A stretch of DNA of 54,521 nt, taken from contig JASJDF010000002.1 in the NCBI GenBank assembly GCA_030065715.1, positions 1 through 54,521 on the forward strand. Direction: 5' to 3'. This document shows, in pieces, positions 32,485 to 41,320 of this stretch. Below the pieces are notes generated by a model. The model did not search any database. It was not told where the DNA came from and saw only the letters and a program-made list of their open reading frames with translations. The DNA is from Xenococcaceae cyanobacterium MO_188.B19. GTDB lineage: Bacteria > Cyanobacteriota > Cyanobacteriia > Cyanobacteriales > Xenococcaceae. The position numbers and the translations under genes are program-made. The stretch's first letter is position 1; the number at the start of each line of letters is the position of its first letter.

Positions 32485-33924
32485 TTATCTTTTCTTGTCT
32501 GCATAACGTGACATTGAATAAATAACTGTAGCAATCGACCCTGTGGCTATTCCTGCTGCCGTATTTATCATTCCTACTGATTGACTTCTAAATGAGGAAG
32601 CTGCTGCTATTCCTCCTGCTGTTACTACGGCAAAAGATACTCCTGGCGCAAATGCTCCTAGTGCCATTAAAAAGCGATCATCTTGTGCCATTATTACTGT
32701 TCCTACTTGTGATAATTGAACTGCCACTACTCCAACTAATGCCACATATGCTAATTTGGCTAGTCCAATAGTGAGAAATTCAATCAACCAAAAATAAAAC
32801 ATATTTTGTTTCCCTGGTATTAATGCCAGTACCACAAAGATGGGGGCAAACAATCCCAACAACCACATCGACATTTCTAAAAACGACATCCACATCCACT
32901 GGGTAAAGCTAAATATCGCCATCCAGCCTTTGCGTTCAAAATTCTTGAAGAAATCTACCATTGAATGATAATTATCTTCAACAGCTTCCTCTGTTACAGG
33001 TTTTGTCTCATAGCCAAAAATTCTTTGCGCTTTTTCTTTCCCTACTACTAAACTTAATTCCCACATTCTGTAGGAAATCCAACCTTTAAAAAATTTACAT
33101 CCCCAACGACAAGCCTTTGATACTTCCGCTTCTTGTTGTTTTTGCTCCATAAAAGCCACTAATTTATCCAAGCATTCCAAATAGCTATAAGCTTGTTCTT
33201 GTTCTGTGGTTAGGGGATTATCGGGATTAGTTGTTGGTCTATCGGCACTTGGTAATACTACTTCTGGTCTTGGCATTTGAAGACATTTATTAGCTTGCCA
33301 TCTTATTTGATCTTTTACCTCCTCTACTAACAATTGCTCTTCTAATGCCGAACGTAGTTGCACTCCTGCTATTTGCTGTTCTACTACCCCCTCTGTCCAC
33401 GAATTTACTATGTCCCTTAATCCATAAGCTAATACTCTCGAATACAATGCCTGATTTGCCATAAATATTAAAATCAAGACCACGGGCAAGAATGATTCGC
33501 TAAATACTTGAACATTATGGGCTATACCATTGGAATTGACCATTTTCTTCCCATAGTCAAATATCCAAAATATTATTCCTACCCCCATCAAAAATCTTAC
33601 TGGGTTGACAAAGGAATATACTGATATATTTGTTCCCGCGTTCGCTCCTACTCCCTCTGGATCGTAGGTAGGGTCAAATGTTGATTTCCACATTTCATCC
33701 CACCAGGCTTGGGTTTTATTCATCCCTTCGATGGTTATGTTGAGTATTTCTGTGTCGGCACTTAATACTGGCTGAATCACAATTATCAAGATTGCTACTA
33801 TCAGTAATAGACCAATCCAGATTCTATATTGGTGAATCTTTTGTATCGGTCTAGTCAACATCATCTTTAAATAGTCCTGGTATAAACATGGCGCGAGACA
33901 TATTTTGCTCGATCCCTCGCTCAA
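32485..33924 (-). CDS. VirB6/TrbL-like polytopic inner-membrane T4SS component
   Basis: 479-aa ORF with at least 6 TM segments and a large central loop. The real start is probably the MM at 33864/33861, which reduces the overlap with the upstream gene from 74 nt to 14 or 11 nt. Confidence 0.5.
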   Translation of the reverse strand: MSEGSSKICLAPCLYQDYLKMMLTRPIQKIHQYRIWIGLLLIVAILIIVIQPVLSADTEILNITIEGMNKTQAWWDEMWKSTFDPTYDPEGVGANAGTNISVYSFVNPVRFLMGVGIIFWIFDYGKKMVNSNGIAHNVQVFSESFLPVVLILIFMANQALYSRVLAYGLRDIVNSWTEGVVEQQIAGVQLRSALEEQLLVEEVKDQIRWQANKCLQMPRPEVVLPSADRPTTNPDNPLTTEQEQAYSYLECLDKLVAFMEQKQQEAEVSKACRWGCKFFKGWISYRMWELSLVVGKEKAQRIFGYETKPVTEEAVEDNYHSMVDFFKNFERKGWMAIFSFTQWMWMSFLEMSMWLLGLFAPIFVVLALIPGKQNMFYFWLIEFLTIGLAKLAYVALVGVVAVQLSQVGTVIMAQDDRFLMALGAFAPGVSFAVVTAGGIAAASSFRSQSVGMINTAAGIATGSIATVIYSMSRYADKKR

Positions 33925-34831
33925 GGCTGTCTTTATATTGTTGATAGTCTTTTTGCTGTCCTAGAGCATCATCTACTTGTGACAACAAATAATTTTGTGA
34001 AGCCATTAGCACCTGTAGTGTTTCTCCTTTTCCATTCAATGCGGTCAATTGAGAACTCAAACCACTCAACTGAGATGATTGATAGGTGGCTATTTCTCCT
34101 AAATAGCTTAATTGTTCGGAATTTCCTGCCATTATGTGGCTTATATCCTTATTCTGGGCTGCTATGGCTTTGAGTACATCTTGAGATGCTTTGGAAGCTT
34201 GGGCTTCACTCGCACTATCTACAACACTATCGGCATAATCTACATTTTCTTTTGCTATCTCTTCTGTTTTGCTATACGCTGAATTAGCTGATTCCGTTGC
34301 TTCATAAGAGGCTTGTTCAATTGCTTGTATTTGTTCGGATTCTGCTGCCATTTTTTCTTGTCCCGTCCTACCAAACACTATTTGGGACAATCTTTGAGGC
34401 ATTTTAGAACGTAGATAATCCGTATATTGCTCTAATTCCCATACTTCTTCTGGTGTTTCTGGATTGGCATAAGGATTCTCTGAGTCTTCTGAATTACTGG
34501 CTTGACCCGATTCAGAGGCTGGATTAATTATTCCTAATGCTCCTAGTATTCCTACTACTGCCGAATCATAATCTCCTGAACTTATTTGACCGTATATTGT
34601 CCGCGCCTTTTCTATTATCGTGGGAGCGAACCTTACAATATCTCCTAGACCCGAATCTCCATTTTCTACTTCTATACTTGCTGTTTCCGCTCCTCCTGGT
34701 TGGGTCGAGCCATAAGCTACTAGGGGTAACATTACTGCCCCTACTAAGCTTATTTCCAGAATTCTCAGACTAATCCTTTTTCTTGCTTTTACTTTTGGAG
34801 TATTACGCCACTTGGTTCTGTTCTTCTTCAT
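33851..34831 (-). CDS. secreted helical Q/S/E-rich protein, candidate VirB5/TrbJ analog
   Basis: 326-aa ORF. Basic N-terminus plus a signal-like TM (LEISLVGAVMLPLVAYG). Located between the VirB4 and VirB6 homologs, where trbJ/virB5 sit in the Trb/VirB operons. Confidence 0.3.
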   Translation of the reverse strand: MKKNRTKWRNTPKVKARKRISLRILEISLVGAVMLPLVAYGSTQPGGAETASIEVENGDSGLGDIVRFAPTIIEKARTIYGQISSGDYDSAVVGILGALGIINPASESGQASNSEDSENPYANPETPEEVWELEQYTDYLRSKMPQRLSQIVFGRTGQEKMAAESEQIQAIEQASYEATESANSAYSKTEEIAKENVDYADSVVDSASEAQASKASQDVLKAIAAQNKDISHIMAGNSEQLSYLGEIATYQSSQLSGLSSQLTALNGKGETLQVLMASQNYLLSQVDDALGQQKDYQQYKDSLERGIEQNMSRAMFIPGLFKDDVD

Positions 34832-37800
34832 CTAAAACTACCTCTGGATATATTGATTGCATTGGTAAACCTTGTCTTTTGGCATTGGCATTGAGCCTTG
34901 AAAATTCTTTGATAGCTTCAACCTTATTTTGGAACTGGCTCATTACTCTTTTACGAGCCTTGTCTTCCTGTTCATCTGTTGCTCCCAAGCCCAATACCAT
35001 TTCACAAGCTGGATGGGTTACTTCTATATGCTCGTCTCCTCTTCTTAAGTACCAATAGGATTGCAATAGGGTTTTATTAGGCAGATAACTCATACTGGTG
35101 TAACGTTCATAAATCTCCCTTCTAAAACCCACTTCCAGTCCTGTCATTTCCTCTATTGCTGTAGTTTCTATATGTCCTCCCAATATATTGTCTAAGTTTT
35201 TGAATATTTCTCCTCCTGAACAGGAATTTAAGATTGTGGCAATCTCTTGGGCAGCAATTAAGAAGTTACATGACCATTTTCTTCCATGTACTGGTATAAT
35301 CCCTGTTTCTCTCGCAAATGCTGGAAATTTGTATAATACCGTTCCCTCATCAATCCCTAGTAACGATCTTTTGGCATTAAATGCTGCTCTATATAAAACA
35401 TTTAACCCCGACATAGCGTAGATTAGAGAATCTGCACTATCCGACACCTGGGTTAGCCCAATTACTAATATATCCACCCTTGTATCGAAGGAACTTATGC
35501 CATTTATTGACCTGCCTAACGCTGTTTTAAGAATCCCTCTTAGTTGGGTAATAATTACATCTATGGTGTCATTAACTAAGATGCTTATTCTGCCTTGTTT
35601 GCTATCAATTAACTCTCCAAACCATTTCTCGGCATATTCTACGAAATCTTCTAATATGGGCATCTTCGAGTAGGCATCACTACCAAACCCCCCTGCTATT
35701 GCCTCGTCATATCTGACTTTAATGTGAGGGGCATCTAGGAAATGGCGGTAGCAATCTGTTAATAATGATGCCACTATCATTTCCCTGTCTGGATTCTGTA
35801 CTGTTCCCATTACTAATGTTTGGAGCAATCGTACATGATTATCGAATACTTGTTCCCATACTTCTTGCTTTTTTTGTGGGTCTTTAATATGTCTCAAATC
35901 TGGCAACTCTATAATGTTTATGCGACTTCGGCGCACGTTATGATAGGCTGCTTTGAATCCTAATTTTTGCAGTAGCGGTACTAATATCGTGTAGGTTGAA
36001 GAACCATCGGGACGAGGAAAATCGAATAATACTGCTAGATATCCCCTCACTATGTACTCTAGCAAGATATCTACAATCACATTGGATTTTCCTGTTCCTG
36101 ATTTAGCTATTATCGCCGTGTGATTTTTCTGGTCTGCTATATCTATATATATTGGTGTTGATAATTCTCTGGTGACAAACATTACTCCTTTTTTATCCAA
36201 CTCTCTAATTTTCACTAGGGGGATACTCGGTAATGCTTGATAACTAATATATTTTTGACGACGATGATTCGGTTTAGTTAAAAATGCTTCCCATTCATAG
36301 TTGGCTGATTGTAACCAGATATCTTCTGTACAGTTTTGTTCTGTTTCTACTGCTGCTCCTGTTATTTGTCCTGCCAGATTGTCTAAGTCTTGCTCTAATT
36401 CTTCTGGTGTATCTCGATATAACCAGATTCCCATACTCACCCAATATGGTATGTTTTTATCCGCTAATAACCCCCTTGCTTCTACTGCTTTTTCTCTAGT
36501 TATAGTCGCCATCACATCCACTGTTTGTTTTTTGGCTGCTTCGGCTTCTCTTTTGATTGTGCTGGATATGGTTCGGTCTAAGTTGACTATCTCAAATCCC
36601 GTGCGGTCTGCGGTTATTTCCGTTATAACCCGACAGTCATATATTCCTGCCGTTGTTCCTGCTAATATATTCCAGACATATTTTAGGTACCCCAGGCTTA
36701 CGCTTTCTCGGTCTTTGGGAAATTGGCTGATTTGTCCAATGCGAATAAATCCCCCATATTTATTCTTCACTGGATAATACATTTTATCCCGATCAAATTG
36801 TGGCACTGCGCTTATTCCCCCTTGGGGTTGGAACAAGCTTCCCAAAATATGAGTTCCCCACTGATTGATTATCGGGTCGATTAACCCTGTTTCTCCATAC
36901 ACCACATATTGTGGTACTGGTGGCACTTCGGGATTTTGTTTAGTTAATTCATGCAGTGAGAGATAATCTTTTCGATACATATCCTTCACTGTCATCGTTT
37001 CAGCTTTGACCCCAAATCCCCCCTTATTATCTGATAGCAAAAAATTCACTCTTTTATAGGCATAGTTATAGGCATATCTAATTACCTTGTTCCATGCCCT
37101 TCGTGAATCAAAATCTTGTCCTTTTATCGCCCCTACCAATGGCTGTGTTAAAGATAGCATTTCTTCCAGCCAATTTTTCGTTACTGCATATTCCCCCCCC
37201 AATACCATTCTGTATTTGGCATATATCGTAATCGTGTGTTTTAATAGCCTTCCTGATTCTTTTAATTCTCTGGCTCTTTTTCCCCTACTTTTTATTGAGG
37301 CGGAACTTAATGGGTCTAACTTTTTTGACACCAATAAACTCGCCTGCATTTTCAAATATTCTTCACAATCTTTATCTAGCTCCTCATATATTTTCAAATC
37401 CACACCTTGAGGCATCTGATTTAGCGCATTGGTGCAGGCTTCTATTACTGAATCCGATTCTCCTGGTGTCATCGAAGGACTATGTCCTTCTATCGTCCAG
37501 CCAAAGATGAACATTACTCTTGGTCCTTGTCTTAGTAGTTTGAATCCTACTTCGACTCCCCCTAGTTCTATTTGCCCATAAGTCAACAGTTTGTACTTTG
37601 ACTCTATGTGATGATATGGTACTTTCTTGCCTTTGATTTTGTATTGTGTAACCAATCTCTTTGGTCTTTTGGGTCTTGGTATTCCTCCTTTACTTATTTC
37701 TAATTCTGGTTCTACCGACAGATAGCGGTTCGGCTTCTTCATACTTTCCAGAAAGAATGTTGGGTCATTTCCTGTCAATACCCACCATCCCCCATAGATA

Positions 37801-37964
37801 CAGGCAAATGACAATATTCCTTTGATTGGACTAATGATTATTATCGGCAGACATAACATGAATATTATTCCACAGGATAAAAGCTGCTGGGGAGTGATAA
37901 ATCCTACCCCCAACGCCGTCCCGATCATGTCATTGACTTGACTTTCTAATTCTTTTTCTCTCAT
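34803..37964 (-). CDS. virB4: VirB4/TrbE-family T4SS ATPase with an N-terminal VirB3-like membrane segment
   Basis: 1053-aa ORF. Two N-terminal TM segments (GIIFMLCLPIIIISPI, ILSFACIYGGWWVL), Walker A IIAKSGTGKSN, Walker B SLLGIDEGTVLY. Confidence 0.85.
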   Translation of the reverse strand: MREKELESQVNDMIGTALGVGFITPQQLLSCGIIFMLCLPIIIISPIKGILSFACIYGGWWVLTGNDPTFFLESMKKPNRYLSVEPELEISKGGIPRPKRPKRLVTQYKIKGKKVPYHHIESKYKLLTYGQIELGGVEVGFKLLRQGPRVMFIFGWTIEGHSPSMTPGESDSVIEACTNALNQMPQGVDLKIYEELDKDCEEYLKMQASLLVSKKLDPLSSASIKSRGKRARELKESGRLLKHTITIYAKYRMVLGGEYAVTKNWLEEMLSLTQPLVGAIKGQDFDSRRAWNKVIRYAYNYAYKRVNFLLSDNKGGFGVKAETMTVKDMYRKDYLSLHELTKQNPEVPPVPQYVVYGETGLIDPIINQWGTHILGSLFQPQGGISAVPQFDRDKMYYPVKNKYGGFIRIGQISQFPKDRESVSLGYLKYVWNILAGTTAGIYDCRVITEITADRTGFEIVNLDRTISSTIKREAEAAKKQTVDVMATITREKAVEARGLLADKNIPYWVSMGIWLYRDTPEELEQDLDNLAGQITGAAVETEQNCTEDIWLQSANYEWEAFLTKPNHRRQKYISYQALPSIPLVKIRELDKKGVMFVTRELSTPIYIDIADQKNHTAIIAKSGTGKSNVIVDILLEYIVRGYLAVLFDFPRPDGSSTYTILVPLLQKLGFKAAYHNVRRSRINIIELPDLRHIKDPQKKQEVWEQVFDNHVRLLQTLVMGTVQNPDREMIVASLLTDCYRHFLDAPHIKVRYDEAIAGGFGSDAYSKMPILEDFVEYAEKWFGELIDSKQGRISILVNDTIDVIITQLRGILKTALGRSINGISSFDTRVDILVIGLTQVSDSADSLIYAMSGLNVLYRAAFNAKRSLLGIDEGTVLYKFPAFARETGIIPVHGRKWSCNFLIAAQEIATILNSCSGGEIFKNLDNILGGHIETTAIEEMTGLEVGFRREIYERYTSMSYLPNKTLLQSYWYLRRGDEHIEVTHPACEMVLGLGATDEQEDKARKRVMSQFQNKVEAIKEFSRLNANAKRQGLPMQSIYPEVVLDEEEQNQVA

Positions 37965-38017
37965 TTTTAGCCTCCGCAGCTAGAAACATTCATCCAGACT
38001 GATGAATGCTCACTAAC

Positions 38018-38638
38018 CTAACTTGCTGCTGTTCCTAACATTACACTCGTAACTACCGTTACTCCCCCTGCAAAGATCAAGAAGCCAAATACTGGATTGA
38101 TTACTGCGGACAATGGCTGTTGTTCGTAGCCCAACTGATATGCCACTCTTCCTATTGTTCCGATGAACGCCAACAATAAACCCACAACCATAAATCCTAT
38201 TACTTGACAGATTAAAATACTTAACTTACCGTCCCCAATTCCTCCAAAAGTTATCGTACCAAACACATCTGAAACAAAACTTGTCACTCTCGAAAATAAA
38301 CCATTAGCCGTGCAAGCTTTATCATTGGCTCCAACTGTATCATTGGCTATTACTGGATTTGCCATTAGCGAAAACAATAAAGTTTGAAAAATCGCGATAC
38401 TCCAACGCTGTTCTCCGATTATGGGCTTCAGCTTTCTTAGCAACAATAAATAAGCAATCGTCGCCACTGCCGAGCCATACAACATACTATATATTGGATT
38501 TCCTATTACCCACACCATTGCCGTGGCTATCGATACTATAATTATCGACTTCCATTCTTTCTTGATTCCTGCCCATATATCTAGAAGGCTGTTTTTCTGT
38601 GACATCGTTTTACTTAAAACATTACTATTCGTGGACAT
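38018..38638 (-). CDS. pilin-like (VirB2/TrbC-like) paralog with N- and C-terminal membrane extensions
   Basis: 206-aa ORF. Its core ANDTVGANDKACTANGLFSRVTSFVSDVFGTITFGGIGDGKLSILICQVIGFMVVGLLLAF aligns with the 103-aa ORF upstream. An alternative start MSQKNS (codon 12) mirrors MSQKKS of the paralog. Confidence 0.5.
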   Translation of the reverse strand: MSTNSNVLSKTMSQKNSLLDIWAGIKKEWKSIIIVSIATAMVWVIGNPIYSMLYGSAVATIAYLLLLRKLKPIIGEQRWSIAIFQTLLFSLMANPVIANDTVGANDKACTANGLFSRVTSFVSDVFGTITFGGIGDGKLSILICQVIGFMVVGLLLAFIGTIGRVAYQLGYEQQPLSAVINPVFGFLIFAGGVTVVTSVMLGTAAS

Positions 38639-38669
38639 AGTCTTCTCCTACAATCTTCTTACTTTTGAC

Positions 38670-38981
38670 TTAATCAATTGAGCGCAATTGAATCCATGTT
38701 GCCAACAGTGCTTGGATGAACCCCACCAACAAACCCACGACCATAAACCCTGTTAATTGGCAAATTAAACTGTTTAACGCTCCTACTTCAATTCCGCCCA
38801 AGGTTATCGTCTCCAACACTGTTACTAAAAAATTTGTCACTCTCGAAAACAGACCAGTAACCGTACAAGTAGTGACATTATTTACCACTGTATCCTTGGC
38901 TAATACTGAATTGGTGACTATCAAAACTATTGCCGTGGCTGTTCCTAATGTGATTATCGACCTTGATTTTTTCTGTGACAT
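38670..38981 (-). CDS. pilin-like small membrane protein (VirB2/TrbC-like)
   Basis: 103-aa ORF, first gene of the T4SS string. Signal-like N-terminus ending VLA/KD, two hydrophobic helices, two conserved Cys. Confidence 0.5.
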   Translation of the reverse strand: MSQKKSRSIITLGTATAIVLIVTNSVLAKDTVVNNVTTCTVTGLFSRVTNFLVTVLETITLGGIEVGALNSLICQLTGFMVVGLLVGFIQALLATWIQLRSID

Positions 38982-39244
38982 CGTTTTTTTTTAACAAGAC
39001 TTATGTTTTCAGACTCGGAGTCTTTTGCTAAAATATTGCTGGTCATTTTTTCAGTTGGTAATTTTTACTCAATTACTTCCTTGTACAAAAGGATAGATTT
39101 ATCCAAAAGGGATTTGGCTCGGACTTAATCGCTCCTAGCTCTTTGTCTTTATTCAGTTACCAAATTTATTGACTACGAACTATTAAATTCGCTTGCGTTA
39201 ATCCTAATCTATACTTAGAATTATTTGCAACCCCCACAATTCAA

Positions 39245-39383
39245 TTATTAGTTAATTTATGTACTCTATTTTCTGTTCATAAATTAGTTAATTTTTAGAC
39301 ATTTCTCTCTGGCGCATCCCTGATTTTTCTAGACTTTTTTTCTTTTCTCTCCGAATTTTTCCCTGTTCAAAAATTAGTCAATT
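39245..39383. promoter_or_regulatory. repeated TTAGT(T/C)AATT boxes upstream of the resolvase-like gene
   Basis: CTGTTCATAAATTAGTTAATT (39273-39293) and CTGTTCAAAAATTAGTCAATT (39363-39383) are 19/21 identical direct repeats 90 bp apart. A third TTAGTTAATTT lies at 39248-39258. Confidence 0.5.
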
Positions 39384-39399
39384 ATTAAACAATAAAAAA

Positions 39400-39963
39400 A
39401 TGTATGTAGGTTACGGAATTGTTACAAAGCACGAGCTTTCGATGGTTTACAACAGTCTTAATAATTTTGGTTGCCATCAAATTTTCACTGACGACCTCGA
39501 TAAAAATTCTAAATCCCAATCCAAGTTCAAAAAAGCTTTGTCTAAACTCAAATCCAATGACATTCTCGTCATTAATCAAATCGACCATCTCGGCACTAAC
39601 AATCATTCTTTAATTTCCAACCTCGATCTTTTAGTTCATAAAAAAGTTCATCTACGGGTTTTAGAAGATGATATCTTGCTTTGTTGGGATACTTCCGCTC
39701 ATATTACTTTGCTTCAAATTCTGAAGAAATTTCAGCATCAAAAAAATCAATCCCAAACTATGGCTCGTCAACAAACTTTCTCACAGACTGGGAAAAAACC
39801 TGGTCGTCGTCCCAAAATCGATTCTGGCAAACGCAAACTTATTGAAACTCTTATCGCTGCTAACTACACTGTTGATGAGATTTGCCGACAGGTTGGTATT
39901 TGCCGAGGTACTTTTTATAAATATTTTCCTGTTTCCCAAAATGCTAAGAGCCAAGAGGCTTGA
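39400..39963 (+). CDS. serine-recombinase (resolvase/invertase) homolog with degenerate catalytic motifs, probably only a DNA-binding protein
   Basis: 187-aa ORF. YVGYGIVTKHE aligns with the canonical GYARVSTxDQ, so Arg becomes Ile and the catalytic Ser becomes Thr. D..SG becomes DDLDKN. DRLGR becomes DHLGT. The C-terminal HTH is intact (YTVDEICRQVGICRGTFYKYF). Confidence 0.6.
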   Translation: MYVGYGIVTKHELSMVYNSLNNFGCHQIFTDDLDKNSKSQSKFKKALSKLKSNDILVINQIDHLGTNNHSLISNLDLLVHKKVHLRVLEDDILLCWDTSAHITLLQILKKFQHQKNQSQTMARQQTFSQTGKKPGRRPKIDSGKRKLIETLIAANYTVDEICRQVGICRGTFYKYFPVSQNAKSQEA

Positions 39964-41161
39964 AGATTGGCAAGAATTAGTTGCTCAACTCCGAAATACT
40001 CCCCTATTAGAAGTAATAGAGCCTCTGGGATTACAACCAGACAAATATGATCTGCACAAATATAAAAGTGATGCTCATATCATTACTATTACTGGAGAAC
40101 GCTTTTACGATCATCTCAATCTCAAAGGTGGTGGTGGTGCTATCGATCTTGTGATGCACGTTAATGGCTCTAACTTTAAGGATGCTGTAGATTGGCTTAA
40201 TGGTTCTGCCATTAGCCTCAGCACCTCTATTTCCAAGCAGCCTGCTCAACCTAGAACTATATGCGGAGCGGTATCCTTTAGGATCAAGCCAGAGGTTAAA
40301 AAAGAACCATTTACTCCTCCAAAAGTAGATGAATCTAAATGGTTAGCAGTCAAAGAATATCTTGTAGCTAAACGAGGCTTACCCACATCTATAGTTAATG
40401 AGCTTCATCATAATGGCACTGTTTATGCTGATGACAAGCAAAATGCTGTCTTTATTAGGAAGAGTCTTGATGACAAAATTACTGGAGCTTCTTTAAGAGG
40501 TACTTATAAAGGTAGTAAATTTAATAAATTAGCCAAAGGTACTGAACGGAGTGCTGGTTGGTTCACTTACGTCAATGGCACAGGAGAACCAGAACGAATA
40601 GTTTTAACTGAATCTCCTATTGATTCTCTATCTGCTGCTGCTGTGTCCCAAAGACCTGAGACTACTTTGTTTATCTCTACCGATGGCTCTGGTTCAATCC
40701 CTGAAGCCTATTTACAGCAACAGCTAGAGCAAGGTAAACAAATTCTCGTTGCCTATGACAATGATCAAGCTGGGGAAATCATGGCACAGAAGGTTTTGGA
40801 TAAATTACCTGGTGCTGTTAGAGTTAAACCCACCATCGGTAAAGACTGGAACGAACAACTCATTAACTCTCAAATCCAAGAAATAGCTCAAACTGTTCAA
40901 ACAGTCCTGAATAAATATGGTGAAGCTTCTCTTACTAACGATTCCGTCTCCTTTGAAGGTAATAGGCTTATTTTCTCTAGTAATAATGATTCACTTAATA
41001 TTTACTCTAAATCTAGAGATAAGGTTGTTTTTGCCATAAATTCGGCTAAAAACAGTGTTTTTAATGACCTCAATTTATCAGAGAAACAAATACTGGAAAG
41101 ACTTAAATATCATCCTACGGTGGTGCAGAAACAGCAAAGGGGAATTGACCTTAGTAGATAA
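39941..41161 (+). CDS. DUF3991-type / Toprim domain protein (conjugative primase-like)
   Basis: The track ORF starts at 39842, but the conserved sequence starts at MLRAKRLEDW (ATG 39941). GGGGAIDLVMHV region, Toprim Glu in LTESPIDSLSAA, DxD in VAYDNDQAG. Confidence 0.7.
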   Translation: MLRAKRLEDWQELVAQLRNTPLLEVIEPLGLQPDKYDLHKYKSDAHIITITGERFYDHLNLKGGGGAIDLVMHVNGSNFKDAVDWLNGSAISLSTSISKQPAQPRTICGAVSFRIKPEVKKEPFTPPKVDESKWLAVKEYLVAKRGLPTSIVNELHHNGTVYADDKQNAVFIRKSLDDKITGASLRGTYKGSKFNKLAKGTERSAGWFTYVNGTGEPERIVLTESPIDSLSAAAVSQRPETTLFISTDGSGSIPEAYLQQQLEQGKQILVAYDNDQAGEIMAQKVLDKLPGAVRVKPTIGKDWNEQLINSQIQEIAQTVQTVLNKYGEASLTNDSVSFEGNRLIFSSNNDSLNIYSKSRDKVVFAINSAKNSVFNDLNLSEKQILERLKYHPTVVQKQQRGIDLSR

Positions 41162-41192
41162 CTTATTTGCTTTGATAAATTAACCTGTTTTT

Positions 41193-41262
41193 CTGCTTGA
41201 GAAGAGGAAGATTCCACCTCTCCCTTAGTCCATAGAGCCTAATTCTTTTTTTTCAAGAAGCA
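41193..41262. repeat. copy of the dispersed ~70-bp palindromic intergenic element
   Basis: CTGCTTGAGAAGAGG...AATTCTTTTTTTTCAAGAAGCA. Same architecture as 3384-3452 and 5173-5242. Confidence 0.5.
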
Positions 41263-41320
41263 TATTTAACCCACTGTTCAAACATTCAACTAATCAGCTA
41301 CTCACTCATCAGAAACAATC

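Noticed and set aside
39842-39940. Upstream extension of the Toprim-protein ORF (MKLLSLLTTLLMRFADRLVFAEVLFINIFLFPK).
   Set aside because: It lies entirely inside the resolvase-like ORF in another frame and is hydrophobic nonsense. The conserved protein sequence begins at the ATG at 39941.
39400-39963. Calling the resolvase-like gene an active mobile-element recombinase or transposon resolvase.
   Set aside because: The nucleophile Ser and conserved Arg residues are substituted. No transposase or terminal inverted repeats flank it. It is reported instead as a degenerate homolog.
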